63,869 bases of DNA from a virus (taxonomy: Duplodnaviria > Caudoviricetes), in the IMG/VR virus record IMGVR_UViG_3300017967_000018, positions 1-63,869 of that record; one strand, 5' to 3'. Positions 1 to 8,657 of this stretch are shown piece after piece; position 1 is the stretch's first letter; the number at the start of each line of letters is the position of its first letter. The translations under genes were made by a program, and so were the position numbers. The notes below the pieces were generated by a model. It saw only the letters and a program-made list of their open reading frames with translations, was not told the DNA's origin and ran no database searches.

Positions 1-169
1 CATGTTCTGATATTGAGAACAATCCTAGCAAAACCATTTGCCTGAAGTTTCTGGATTTTTTGACTAAATTTAAAGAAATATCCTGAGGAGATAAGTCCTC
101 AAGATAAGTCACGTTTAAATCTACATCTGTTAGATGTACCGATTGCCCTGTATGATTAATGAATTTCAT
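1..169 (-). CDS. Hypothetical protein, truncated by left window edge (MKFINHTGQSVHL...)
   Basis: Open frame read manually from ATG at 169 to the window edge; not in the ORF track. Confidence 0.6.
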   Translation of the reverse strand, partial: MKFINHTGQSVHLTDVDLNVTYLEDLSPQDISLNLVKKSRNFRQMVLLGLFSISEH

Positions 170-270
170 ACATTATAATCGGAAACTGTTTATATTATGT
201 TTTTAAATTAATAAAAATGAATGCCTTTCCCCCCAGGCCATTTGATCCTGTTCCCAAATTGTTGGATTTG

Positions 271-1038
271 TTAGCTCCAGTAGAATTGTTTGCGAGCATT
301 AGGGACAAGCTTTTGGTCTACATTGGTATTCCAGATTGTAACTGCTTGATCGTATGCTCCAAGTTCTCTTAACTCTTCCGCCAACTGTCTTATTTGGTTA
401 TAAGAATTGCTTCCTGCGCTGTAATATCTGTGGTCATCAGAATACTGATATGTTAAGTCATGACTAGATACCATTCTAGAAAACTGATCTAGCTTTTGAG
501 CTAAGTCATCGTCGTGCATTTCTTCTTGGGCAGCTTTGAACAAAACAGTTCTCTTTGAAGCTCTCTGTTCAAATTGACCTTCCCATCTATCTTGGGCTCT
601 ATCAATTTCGTAATCGCTTGGATCTGGCTCTACGCCATAATAATCATCATCAGTAAAATCTATATCTTCGTTTTCTTCGTCTTCAATTTCATCATCTTCT
701 GGGTCTTCTTGGGCAGATTTAAAAATACTAACACCTTCTTGAGCAGACTTAAATACATCAAATAAAAAGTTGCTTTTCTTTTCAGGCACACAATTAGGAA
801 CTTCTTTACCGTTCTTGTCCTTCATGCCTACCATTTCATAACCCTTCCAGCAAGGATCTCCGTCTTTCATGTCTTTGGAGTCTTCTTTGACTTTTTCTAC
901 GCATCTGTCAAACTTATCTTCTGCGTGTTCATCCCAATCAGCCTTTGGGCCTTCTGTCCCTTGAATAGAATCCATGCAGATAGGATAGGCCTTATCTGGT
1001 CCTTTTGTTTTAGATTTTTTTGAGAATATTTTTTTCAT
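271..1038 (-). CDS. Putative head/internal protein built of micro-modules (Cys motif PCWKGYEMVGMK...VPNCVP; repeated FK[SA]AQE)
   Basis: 255-aa ORF with three FKxAQE repeats and an acidic linker. Confidence 0.7.
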   Translation of the reverse strand: MKKIFSKKSKTKGPDKAYPICMDSIQGTEGPKADWDEHAEDKFDRCVEKVKEDSKDMKDGDPCWKGYEMVGMKDKNGKEVPNCVPEKKSNFLFDVFKSAQEGVSIFKSAQEDPEDDEIEDEENEDIDFTDDDYYGVEPDPSDYEIDRAQDRWEGQFEQRASKRTVLFKAAQEEMHDDDLAQKLDQFSRMVSSHDLTYQYSDDHRYYSAGSNSYNQIRQLAEELRELGAYDQAVTIWNTNVDQKLVPNARKQFYWS

Positions 1039-1041
1039 TAT

Positions 1042-1407
1042 TTATCCTAAAATTTCAAGTAGACCAGGATCACTTGTATCTACTCCGTTCATTTTACAAT
1101 AAGCTCGGAGCTGGCCTTTTGCTTGCTCATTTCCTAGTCTAGCAGAGTTGTACAGATTAGCGAACTCTGGATCTCGCATCCAGTATCCAAGAGTTTTCTT
1201 TCCTTCTCCTCTATCATTGACTTGATCTATGGCAAATTGCGTTTCATTAGCCTGAGCATCAGAAGGGTTAACTGATACTCCTTGTGCTTCCTTCAGCCAT
1301 CCAGCTTGTTTGCCAATTCTCTTCCACTCTTGTTCAGAGATTTTAAACTTATAGCCATTGGCTGTTTTAATTAACTGCGAACCTTGTTTGCTTGAGTATT
1401 TTTTCAT
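1042..1407 (-). CDS. Putative internal head protein with shared 41-aa N-terminal leader
   Basis: Start reassigned to ATG 1407 (SD AAGGA); leader MKKYSSKQGSQLIKTA...WLKEA|Q almost identical to the neighbouring gene. Confidence 0.75.
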   Translation of the reverse strand: MKKYSSKQGSQLIKTANGYKFKISEQEWKRIGKQAGWLKEAQGVSVNPSDAQANETQFAIDQVNDRGEGKKTLGYWMRDPEFANLYNSARLGNEQAKGQLRAYCKMNGVDTSDPGLLEILG

Positions 1408-1424
1408 AATTGTATCCTTTTTAT

Positions 1425-1844
1425 TTACCAATTACCTTTGTTTTCTTTTTCTTCATATATATATCCATCTCCCGTAAATCGATCAGGAGAATCTTGGATG
1501 GTGCTTTCGTCTGCTATAATTACCCAATAACCGTCTGTGTCTCTTTGATTATGACTAAACGCATTGAGTTCTGTCCATCCTTTTGCACTTTCATAAGATT
1601 TAAAAGGCCCTGTTCTATCGCCTTCTCTTCCATCTGGGAACAAATAGTCTACTGCTATAACTTTCCCTGGGGGCAATTCTCCTGGTTCTGATTCTATAAC
1701 TGTAAAATCATCAAAGTTAGATGCAGATTTAAGCCAACCAGCCTGTTTTCCAATTCTCTTCCATTCATCTTGAGAGATTTGAAATTTGTAACCATTGGCT
1801 GTTTTGATTAATTGCGATCCTTGTTTGCTTGAGTATTTTTTCAT
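1425..1844 (-). CDS. Putative internal head protein with the same leader; body homologous to the N-domain of 50427..51074
   Basis: Start reassigned to ATG 1844 (SD TAAGGA); GPF.SY..A..W motif. Confidence 0.75.
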   Translation of the reverse strand: MKKYSSKQGSQLIKTANGYKFQISQDEWKRIGKQAGWLKSASNFDDFTVIESEPGELPPGKVIAVDYLFPDGREGDRTGPFKSYESAKGWTELNAFSHNQRDTDGYWVIIADESTIQDSPDRFTGDGYIYEEKENKGNW

Positions 1845-1869
1845 AATATATTCCTTATGTTTTAAAATA

Positions 1870-1903
1870 TTAAAATGAACTCGCCAAGCGTTAACTTGAC
1901 GAG
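1870..1903 (-). terminator. Intrinsic terminator candidate
   Basis: Minus-strand hairpin CUCGUCAAG-UUAACG-CUUGGCGAG followed by UUCAUUUU. Confidence 0.5.
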
Positions 1904-1910
1904 CCATGTA

Positions 1911-2018
1911 TTATTTCTTTTTGTTTAGCTTTGCAATTTGAGCAAGTAGCATGTCTTTAAAAGCCATTCCTAATGCTACTCCTAATGCAAAGCAGAGTAT
2001 TCCAACTAATAAAGCCAT
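1911..2018 (-). CDS. 35-aa single-TM membrane peptide (MALLVGILCFALGVALGMAFKDMLLAQIAKLNKKK)
   Basis: Strong SD TAAGGAGG, hydrophobic helix and basic tail; below the ORF-track size cutoff. Confidence 0.7.
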   Translation of the reverse strand: MALLVGILCFALGVALGMAFKDMLLAQIAKLNKKK

Positions 2019-2036
2019 AACAGGCCTCCTTATAAA

Positions 2037-2648
2037 TTACCCCTTAGACGGGTCAGCAATAACCCTTTCACTGTTACCAGCATTCTTGACATCAGTTAGG
2101 ACTAGGTCAGTTGCTTTTGCTATCTTAAGTCTTATGGTTGTAGCATCGCTCCATCTTCCTCTATAGTAGGTTCTAGCCTTAAGAACAGTTTCTGAGCTAC
2201 CAGTTTTGTCCATTTGAAGTCTAATTGCTTCTGCGCTACTGTCAATTCCCCATCTGTAATACTTGGTTCTGGAAGGGTCTTTTCCATTTACTGTGTAACG
2301 GATTTCAGCGGCATCAGTCTGAGGGCTGTCATTAAGAACACCAGCAAGATCGCCGTAGAAGGTTGGCCTGCTGCTTGGTGGGAATGTATTTGCTCTAGTT
2401 CTCATAGGAACGCCTGCTGATGTCATGGTAAGGTCAACATATCCAGAAAAGACCATAGACTGCTCTATGCTGCCATCTTCGATGGAAAAAGTCTTTGTAG
2501 AAGCGTTGTTTGGATCAGTAGAGTCAAGAACTCTAGCTCTAACGGACCATGTGCCGTCTGTTACGTTTTTTCTGCTGTCGTTGCTCAACCTTGGGCCTGT
2601 TAAGCCAATGGTTGGGGCTACTAGTTTAGCTACTCTTTGATTTGCCAT
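2037..2648 (-). CDS. Protein with Fn3-associated/chitobiase C-terminal-like Ig domain (probable virion protein)
   Basis: Motif A.IRYTVNG.DP followed by a V.LKAR strand; SD GGAG. Confidence 0.6.
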   Translation of the reverse strand: MANQRVAKLVAPTIGLTGPRLSNDSRKNVTDGTWSVRARVLDSTDPNNASTKTFSIEDGSIEQSMVFSGYVDLTMTSAGVPMRTRANTFPPSSRPTFYGDLAGVLNDSPQTDAAEIRYTVNGKDPSRTKYYRWGIDSSAEAIRLQMDKTGSSETVLKARTYYRGRWSDATTIRLKIAKATDLVLTDVKNAGNSERVIADPSKG

Positions 2649-2739
2649 GTTTGTATCTCCAATTATATCTTAAAAATAAGAACTTAATTTATAATTACTA
2701 ATTTATATAGTATTTCCTTTATTCCTGTATGAAATTTTC

Positions 2740-3198
2740 CTATTCTAAATCAATTTCTTGTATATTATTTTCTTTTCTAGCTTTTAATACCTCTTGTCTG
2801 ATTTTTTCAGCTATATTTTTATAGTTTTTTATGTATCTCATTTCTACTTTTGGACATGTTTTGTCATTGGTTATTAGCGTTATTTTTCCTATTTTAAACC
2901 AATTAAATAGAAAAAAAGAAGAAGTAGATATGTCTTGAACTCTAAATAATTCAATAAATTCTTCTTTTTTTAACCATGTTCCATCTTCAATCTTTAGCTG
3001 TCCATCTGATATGATATATATAGGGCTTGTACTGCTCATAGATTTAAATACAATGCATATGGCAGATACTACGGCTAAGACTGCAAAAGTAGTAGAAGAA
3101 AAGAATAAAGATATTCCTATGGTCACAACGGTGGCAAGAGACAGCCCCAATATAGACCAAAAATCTATTATTTTTGAAGGCTTTAATTTGTTGTTCAT
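2740..3198 (-). CDS. Membrane protein with bacterial PH (bPH_2-like) domain
   Basis: Two N-terminal TM helices, then IELFRVQDI...FKIGKITL typical of YdbS/YdbT-like PH domains. Confidence 0.6.
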   Translation of the reverse strand: MNNKLKPSKIIDFWSILGLSLATVVTIGISLFFSSTTFAVLAVVSAICIVFKSMSSTSPIYIISDGQLKIEDGTWLKKEEFIELFRVQDISTSSFFLFNWFKIGKITLITNDKTCPKVEMRYIKNYKNIAEKIRQEVLKARKENNIQEIDLE

Positions 3199-3200
3199 TG

Positions 3201-3959
3201 TCAAGGTCCTATCTTCTGTATTTCTTCTATAAACATTTTTGCTATCTTTTTATTGCCAGTAGAATTAGGATGAATTTCATCCTGCCACTCATCTTCTCCA
3301 ACAACGCCCCTAGTGTCTATTAGAACAAATCTTTCATGCTCTTGACTTAGCTCGTATAGCATGTCTGCAAAAGAATCAATTAAATATTGAACCACTGCTT
3401 TCTGCTCGTTTTTATCATGGCAATTGTGAGCTTCTAATATAGGTTTGACCCAGGGGCCAGATACGGGAATTACTCTAAACAATTTTGCAGCAACATCAGA
3501 TGGCACAACATAATCATAACAATCAACCATAATAGTAGTATATGGAGAATAATCATCTCTTATTGCTATCAGGTCTTTGTAGACACACTTTAAGAGATTT
3601 ATTTTGTTTTCTACTCTTTCTTTAATAATATAGTCTTGATTTTCAACTGGAACCCTAAGAAGCTCATCCATATCTGGGCCAATAATATCATTCCCGCCTG
3701 CGCTAAAAAGCAAAGCGTCAAAATTATAATTAGAAAGATAACTTCTAAGTTTGACCTTCTGTTTGCCAGACATTATTTGCAAGAGTTCATCGCCGCTGTT
3801 CTCTACTCTAAGCAAATTATAATTAGTTAAATCTTCGATGTGATCTACTATATTTGTTCCTATTGGTAAGTGAAACCATGAGTCCCCTTCTGTCAATACT
3901 CGTTTAACATTTGGTTTTCTTTTAATGTTCTTTTTAAATTTCCTTAATCTTGCTGACAT
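3201..3959 (-). CDS. SGNH/GDSL hydrolase
   Basis: Blocks EGDSW, SAGGND, DEIHP; start at 3959 has SD GAGG. Confidence 0.85.
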   Translation of the reverse strand: MSARLRKFKKNIKRKPNVKRVLTEGDSWFHLPIGTNIVDHIEDLTNYNLLRVENSGDELLQIMSGKQKVKLRSYLSNYNFDALLFSAGGNDIIGPDMDELLRVPVENQDYIIKERVENKINLLKCVYKDLIAIRDDYSPYTTIMVDCYDYVVPSDVAAKLFRVIPVSGPWVKPILEAHNCHDKNEQKAVVQYLIDSFADMLYELSQEHERFVLIDTRGVVGEDEWQDEIHPNSTGNKKIAKMFIEEIQKIGP

Positions 3960-3988
3960 AAAAATCCTCACTAACAAGGGTTCAACAG

Positions 3989-4294
3989 TTATCTTGACCT
4001 AAATTTCCTCTTAATTTTTTCTATTGCCGTCTTCTGTTGACCATTCAATCCAACAATGTTTTTGACATCTACAAAACCATTGTTCCCTATAGTAATTAAA
4101 ACTAGACCGTTTCTAAGAACCTCTTCTGCATATGCGTTAGAGTTAACGTTTTGATTTTTAACTAATATACCATGTTTGGCGGCAACGTGCGGAAGGCAGT
4201 CTCTGAATTGCTTTTTAGGACAAGGAAATAATTGTCCGTTAGTGCCCATTATATACTTTCCTATTCCTAAGCCTGCTTTCTTGTACCAACTCAT
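3989..4294 (-). CDS. Hypothetical protein with WYK leader (MSWYKKA|G)
   Basis: Overlapping stop/start in operon; N-terminal motif. Confidence 0.7.
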   Translation of the reverse strand: MSWYKKAGLGIGKYIMGTNGQLFPCPKKQFRDCLPHVAAKHGILVKNQNVNSNAYAEEVLRNGLVLITIGNNGFVDVKNIVGLNGQQKTAIEKIKRKFRSR

Positions 4295-4515
4295 CTTTTT
4301 AGCTCCTGTCTTTCACAGGGCCAGTTTCTTATTATATTAGCAGCCTTGCCCCACGCTTTAACTTTAATTAACTGATTCAATAGACTGAGATTCTTAGGGT
4401 CATATCCTGGACAGAAATATCTTTTTCCGTCTATGTATGCAACAACGCCTTCGTTGCTCCAAGAAGATACGACTACTGATTGAGCTTCAGACTGTTTGAA
4501 CAAATACCAGTTCAT
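4291..4515 (-). CDS. Hypothetical protein with WY leader (MNWYLFKQSEA|Q)
   Basis: Coupled ORF; N-terminal motif. Confidence 0.7.
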   Translation of the reverse strand: MNWYLFKQSEAQSVVVSSWSNEGVVAYIDGKRYFCPGYDPKNLSLLNQLIKVKAWGKAANIIRNWPCERQELKR

Positions 4516-4841
4516 TATTCTCCTATTTCTTCAATGATGTCTAAGAACAATCCCGCCTGAGGTACGTCTTCTGGATTTCTGCCTGCTCTATGCAATGCGT
4601 CAAGTAGTTCGTTCACGGTAAATAGCATATTAACTTCACCATTTTTAAATGCGTTGTCTGCTGCTAGCTTTCCAAACTTTTCTGTCATCTTAGCCTTAAG
4701 ATATTCTTTCTCTTCTGTAGATTGTATTCTAACAGCAAAGTAGAATTTATTAGCAGCTTGATGCGCGTCTTGGTTGATAACAGTCTTTAGTTTAGTAGTT
4801 CTTTCTGCTTTTGCTTCTTTTCCATTTAAATCTTTTGCCAT
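4515..4841 (-). CDS. Hypothetical protein
   Basis: SD AAGGAG, coupled to the downstream gene. Confidence 0.7.
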   Translation of the reverse strand: MAKDLNGKEAKAERTTKLKTVINQDAHQAANKFYFAVRIQSTEEKEYLKAKMTEKFGKLAADNAFKNGEVNMLFTVNELLDALHRAGRNPEDVPQAGLFLDIIEEIGE

Positions 4842-4852
4842 AATATTTCTCC

Positions 4853-5176
4853 TTAAAAATATTTAATGTTAATGTCTTGTCCAAATCTTTCATATAATTT
4901 GTTTTCTAATTGTTTCTTTTGATAATCAGCGTCAGTTGACACAAAACTAGGATGAGCAACTACTGAAACCAGCTTAGACTGAGGGTTAAATCTTCCTTTA
5001 AAAAAGTGACGCCCACTTCCTGGTCCAAATGACTTATTATGTGTCATTCTAGAAGTTTCACTCTCTGCTTCATCAACAATTAAATTTACACCATCATATA
5101 TCCAGACCGTATCTCCAGGCCTATGCATGGTATGGTAATTATAGTTTACAGATTGTGCAATTCTATACCAGTTCAT
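4853..5176 (-). CDS. Hypothetical protein with WY leader (MNWYRIA|Q); homologous to the C-terminal module of 32777..34033
   Basis: Shared WI....L...TH...F.G..[ND]P...L.SVV...L...FG.D..IK.F pattern. Confidence 0.75.
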   Translation of the reverse strand: MNWYRIAQSVNYNYHTMHRPGDTVWIYDGVNLIVDEAESETSRMTHNKSFGPGSGRHFFKGRFNPQSKLVSVVAHPSFVSTDADYQKKQLENKLYERFGQDINIKYF

Positions 5177-5360
5177 CTTTAATCTCTTCTAATTTTCTTT
5201 TAAGAGCCTTATACTCTCTAATTTTTTGATTGTGATTCTCTAAAATCATTTCCCTTAATTCTGGTTCAATATCCTCTCTTTTTAAAAATTGATAGCTTTT
5301 TCTCAAGCTTTTCTCTAGACTATCTAGTCGTTTAATTTCTTCGCTCTTATACCAGTTCAT
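5163..5360 (-). CDS. Small coiled-coil protein with WYK leader (MNWYKSE)
   Basis: 65-aa ORF, first gene of the operon, no SD. Confidence 0.65.
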   Translation of the reverse strand: MNWYKSEEIKRLDSLEKSLRKSYQFLKREDIEPELREMILENHNQKIREYKALKRKLEEIKDELV

Positions 5361-5394
5361 ATAACATTATTCTAGATTTAATAATAAAAACCTT

Positions 5395-5434
5395 TAATAT
5401 AAAAGACGAGGATTCATCCTCGTCTTTTATATTA
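5395..5434. terminator. Bidirectional intrinsic terminator (perfect palindrome)
   Basis: TAATATAAAAGACGAGGAT-TC-ATCCTCGTCTTTTATATTA. Confidence 0.85.
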
Positions 5435-5464
5435 TTATGCGATTATTGATATGATTAAATTAAG

Positions 5465-7021
5465 TCACAATTCATACACCCAACGCTTCTTGCCGCAATC
5501 CCAGATGCGATACAAGCCCCTCTCAATACACCAGTCTCGCTCTGTCATTCCTTCAGGACAACCAGTCGCTTTCTTTTGCTGAGACTGCTTTGTCTTGTAG
5601 CATTTGTTCGCCATGTCCCAGTAGAAGTAATCTGGGCTCATTTCTTCTTCCATAATGAACCCAAGCGTCTCATAGATACGCCCCTCAGTCCACGCATTAT
5701 CTGACCAACTGATAATTTTGTTGTATCCCTCTTCTTTAGCCCACTGCGTCATTGCCTTGAACATCTTGTTAGCCCCACCAGCGATATTGACGCCGCTCTT
5801 GAAACACATTCTACTCAAGACAATTGACGATTCATTGCTCTTGCGATGGTGTCCCGCAGCGAGCGTACTGGCTACAACCTCGCCGCCATAAATGAGGTTG
5901 AAGTATTTTCCATTTGGAGGATTCCTTTTCAGCCCCTGTATGTGGTTGTTCTCTATGAATTCTTTGGCATCTGAGTTATCAACAGAGCATTTGCGAGCCA
6001 TGATCTTATTTTGATTGCATCCTAAAGAGTTTCTTATAAATGAAACAAATTGCTTCTCTCTTGCATACCATTGGTGTTCAAAGATATGAATAAGACGAAT
6101 ACCTTTGGACTGACACTTGCGAGTCTTACGAAGGTGCTTTAGCTTTGCTTTCTCAGGCTCGCACATGACTTCAGAATGCCAATGACTTCCATTGAACTCA
6201 ATTGCCAATTGCTTTTCAGGATAATAGATGTCAAGTTCTAAAGGCGTAATGATTTGTCTTGTGTTTTGCTCTGTCTTTCCGTCAAACCCTATGGCATCTA
6301 CAACCTTCTTTTGAGCCTGATACTTGGGGAAGTTGTACGTTTCATAGTATTTGTCTTTGAACTCATCTTTTATTAATGTTGCTGTGAGGCTATTGTATGG
6401 AACATCAAACTTCTTAGAGACATCATCGAGCGTAACATCTTGCTGGCCAAGATAGTCCCAAAACTCGTCGCCTCGCATGAGATTGATAAGTTTGTATCTA
6501 TCATTTTCATCAATTTGAACTGTTTTATCAAAGACCTTTGCTGCTCGCTTGACGCGCTCAGGATCTTTCATATGGTGGTCAACGCCTATCTCTTGCAGAT
6601 TCTTTTTACGTATTTTCTCTTTTATTTCTTCAGATTGAAATGGATTTCTTACACCATACTTTTTCAAGTTTGTCTTTTCAATCTTAGATTGAGCTTTCTT
6701 TCTGCCAACAGATATGCGATTGTTAAGCGTCTCTTGCGAAATGTTCTTAGTTCTATTCTCTTGAGCTTTCTTCCTAATCTCTTTGTTGGCAAACGGAGAG
6801 CCTGAGATAGACTGCTCTTTTAACCTACAAGCCTTATGACATGCTGAGCCAGATTTCTTGAGGTTAGCCCCATATACCCTGTGAGGCTCGCCACAGAAGC
6901 GGCAGGTCGCCCAAACATGCTTCTTTTGATATCCAACCTCATTGGGATTGAAGCCCTCTTCTTCTAACGTCTTTTCAGCGAGGACTACGGAGTCATAATT
7001 ATGTATCTTTCTTTCAGCCAT
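5465..7021 (-). CDS. Free-standing Hef-like/PD-(D/E)XK (Vsr/DUF559-like) homing endonuclease with KYG..NP.Q repeats and a C-terminal GNAT-like region
   Basis: ELDIYYPEKQLAIEFNGSHWHS...KGIRLIHIFE nuclease motif; KYGVRNPFQSEEIKEKI repeat; C-terminal RIWDCGKKRW. Confidence 0.75.
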   Translation of the reverse strand: MAERKIHNYDSVVLAEKTLEEEGFNPNEVGYQKKHVWATCRFCGEPHRVYGANLKKSGSACHKACRLKEQSISGSPFANKEIRKKAQENRTKNISQETLNNRISVGRKKAQSKIEKTNLKKYGVRNPFQSEEIKEKIRKKNLQEIGVDHHMKDPERVKRAAKVFDKTVQIDENDRYKLINLMRGDEFWDYLGQQDVTLDDVSKKFDVPYNSLTATLIKDEFKDKYYETYNFPKYQAQKKVVDAIGFDGKTEQNTRQIITPLELDIYYPEKQLAIEFNGSHWHSEVMCEPEKAKLKHLRKTRKCQSKGIRLIHIFEHQWYAREKQFVSFIRNSLGCNQNKIMARKCSVDNSDAKEFIENNHIQGLKRNPPNGKYFNLIYGGEVVASTLAAGHHRKSNESSIVLSRMCFKSGVNIAGGANKMFKAMTQWAKEEGYNKIISWSDNAWTEGRIYETLGFIMEEEMSPDYFYWDMANKCYKTKQSQQKKATGCPEGMTERDWCIERGLYRIWDCGKKRWVYEL

Positions 7022-7065
7022 AAAGGTAATATACGAACAAATTATTCACTTTCCTTTTAATATGA

Positions 7066-7105
7066 AAAATAAAAAAGAGGGCTTAAAAGCCCTCTTTTTT
7101 ATTTT
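7066..7105 (-). terminator. Intrinsic terminator after the major capsid gene
   Basis: AAAATAAAAAAGAGGGCTT-AA-AAGCCCTCTTTTTTATTTT. Confidence 0.9.
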
Positions 7106-7125
7106 GTTTTAAGCTAATCTAAAGA

Positions 7126-7998
7126 TTAGGTTGCAGCAGTTACTTCAATTTTGGCAACTGCGTAGTCGTTAACGACTACAACACCAACTTCTTCGTAGAT
7201 AACCCAGCCCAAGCGAAGCTTTTTGGGATCATCTGCTGGAAGAACAGTGATGTCCTGACGGATTGGGAATGCACCCACGGTGTCAGGGGAAGCAACTACA
7301 AGAACAACATCAGGATCCATTCTGGAAGAAACGTGGATGTTTGCAGTCCAGATGTGGCCGTAAAGACCAGTGGTGATGATTTCTCTTTGGGTTGCTTCAT
7401 CATAGAAGTCCTTACCGAAGATTCTAACAGCGGCGAACTGTCTTGCGTGCATGACAACCTTGGTGGTTACCAAGTCGTGCTGCTCTACAAGAGAGAATGC
7501 AGAGTTAAGAGCCTGAGGGGTAAGAGTACCAACGTTAGTAACGATCTGGTCGTTACGGTTGTCAGCGGCAGCGATAAGAGCGCCGAAGATGTTGGAGTCT
7601 TCTTCTTTTTGGATTGCTTCCTTAGCCTTGATTTGGGCTCTGTCTACGATGTAGAATCTACGAGCTTTGATCTCGGAAAGTCTCACGGTTGGGTGAGCAG
7701 CAATTTCGAAGGTTGGAACAAGAATTTCTTCGCCTTCTACGATTTGGTCAGGTACAGCACCTCTACGTGCGATTACGTATCCAACAGAAGCAACATCTCT
7801 CTCGTAACGAGCAAGAGCGCCTTGTGGAAGTTCATCGACAAGAAGTAGCTTTCTACCAACGGCTTGGTATTCAAGCGATCTTCTGATTGGCTCAACCATT
7901 GCTTGGGCCAATACGACACGACCTTCGTCGGTCTGTAGTGCAGCAGCTAGTACTGCTTCCTTTTCATTTTCGGTTAATCCGTTTTTTGCAAAAGCCAT
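7126..7998 (-). CDS. Major capsid protein, compact HK97 fold
   Basis: Last gene of the protease-decoration operon, strong SD AAGGAG, strong terminator; HK97-like layout (RKLLLVDELPQG E-loop region, spine helix IVDRAQIKAKEAIQKEED, C-terminal GWVIYEEVGVVVVN). Confidence 0.85.
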   Translation of the reverse strand: MAFAKNGLTENEKEAVLAAALQTDEGRVVLAQAMVEPIRRSLEYQAVGRKLLLVDELPQGALARYERDVASVGYVIARRGAVPDQIVEGEEILVPTFEIAAHPTVRLSEIKARRFYIVDRAQIKAKEAIQKEEDSNIFGALIAAADNRNDQIVTNVGTLTPQALNSAFSLVEQHDLVTTKVVMHARQFAAVRIFGKDFYDEATQREIITTGLYGHIWTANIHVSSRMDPDVVLVVASPDTVGAFPIRQDITVLPADDPKKLRLGWVIYEEVGVVVVNDYAVAKIEVTAAT

Positions 7999-8073
7999 AG
8001 CTTTATCTCCTTTGTTTTTATAGCACCTTTATAGGTTCTAGTTGTTTCCTAAAAATTGTGAATAAACGTTAAA

Positions 8074-8640
8074 TTACACGGTTAGCTTGAAGGTTAGGTA
8101 GTTACCTAGGCTCAAGGAACCGTCAGTTGTGTCAGTTCCTGGGACACCACTTGGGTATGCCTTAGGAGCTTCAACGATTACACCAAGGGCGTCACCGCCG
8201 CCACCAGTGGTTACGATACCAGCAGTTGCAGATACGTTTACGGTTCCACCTACGGTGTAGGTTTGGCCAGTATCATACTGGTCAGTTGCGAACTTACCGC
8301 CGCCTGTGTAGACAGTGATAAGGCCAGAGGCTAGAGTTTCATCGAACAGGTCGGAAACTCTGTTGCCAGTAGAACGAGTTCTAGCAACTGGGTTGGTTAC
8401 TGGTCCGTTAGCGCCAATGACTAGGTCAGATGCGTAAGGGGTGCCAGCCTGAGTGTTAGACTGTGTATCACCAGCAAGGCCATAGGCATTGGTGGTTCCA
8501 CCTGTAGCAGATGGAGCGGCAACAGTCTTGGTTCCGCTTGTAGTTAGGCCTACTACCATACCTTCTACGATATCGGTAGTAAAGTCTGGATCGACTTCAA
8601 TCTGGTCGGCTACTACGTGGTAAATTTCGATTAGTCCCAT
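8074..8640 (-). CDS. Capsid decoration/cement protein
   Basis: Gly/Thr-rich beta protein directly upstream of the MCP; SD AAGGAG. Confidence 0.65.
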   Translation of the reverse strand: MGLIEIYHVVADQIEVDPDFTTDIVEGMVVGLTTSGTKTVAAPSATGGTTNAYGLAGDTQSNTQAGTPYASDLVIGANGPVTNPVARTRSTGNRVSDLFDETLASGLITVYTGGGKFATDQYDTGQTYTVGGTVNVSATAGIVTTGGGGDALGVIVEAPKAYPSGVPGTDTTDGSLSLGNYLTFKLTV

Positions 8641-8657
8641 AATATTATCTCCTTAGA

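Noticed and set aside
4280-5360. ATGAACTGGTAT as a DNA-level mobile or recombination repeat
   Set aside because: Copies vary synonymously (AAC/AAT, TAT/TAC) and flanks are unrelated, pointing to a peptide motif
7126-7998. Encapsulin nanocompartment shell
   Set aside because: Size fits, but the portal, protease-scaffold, decoration protein and terminase in the window indicate a phage capsid
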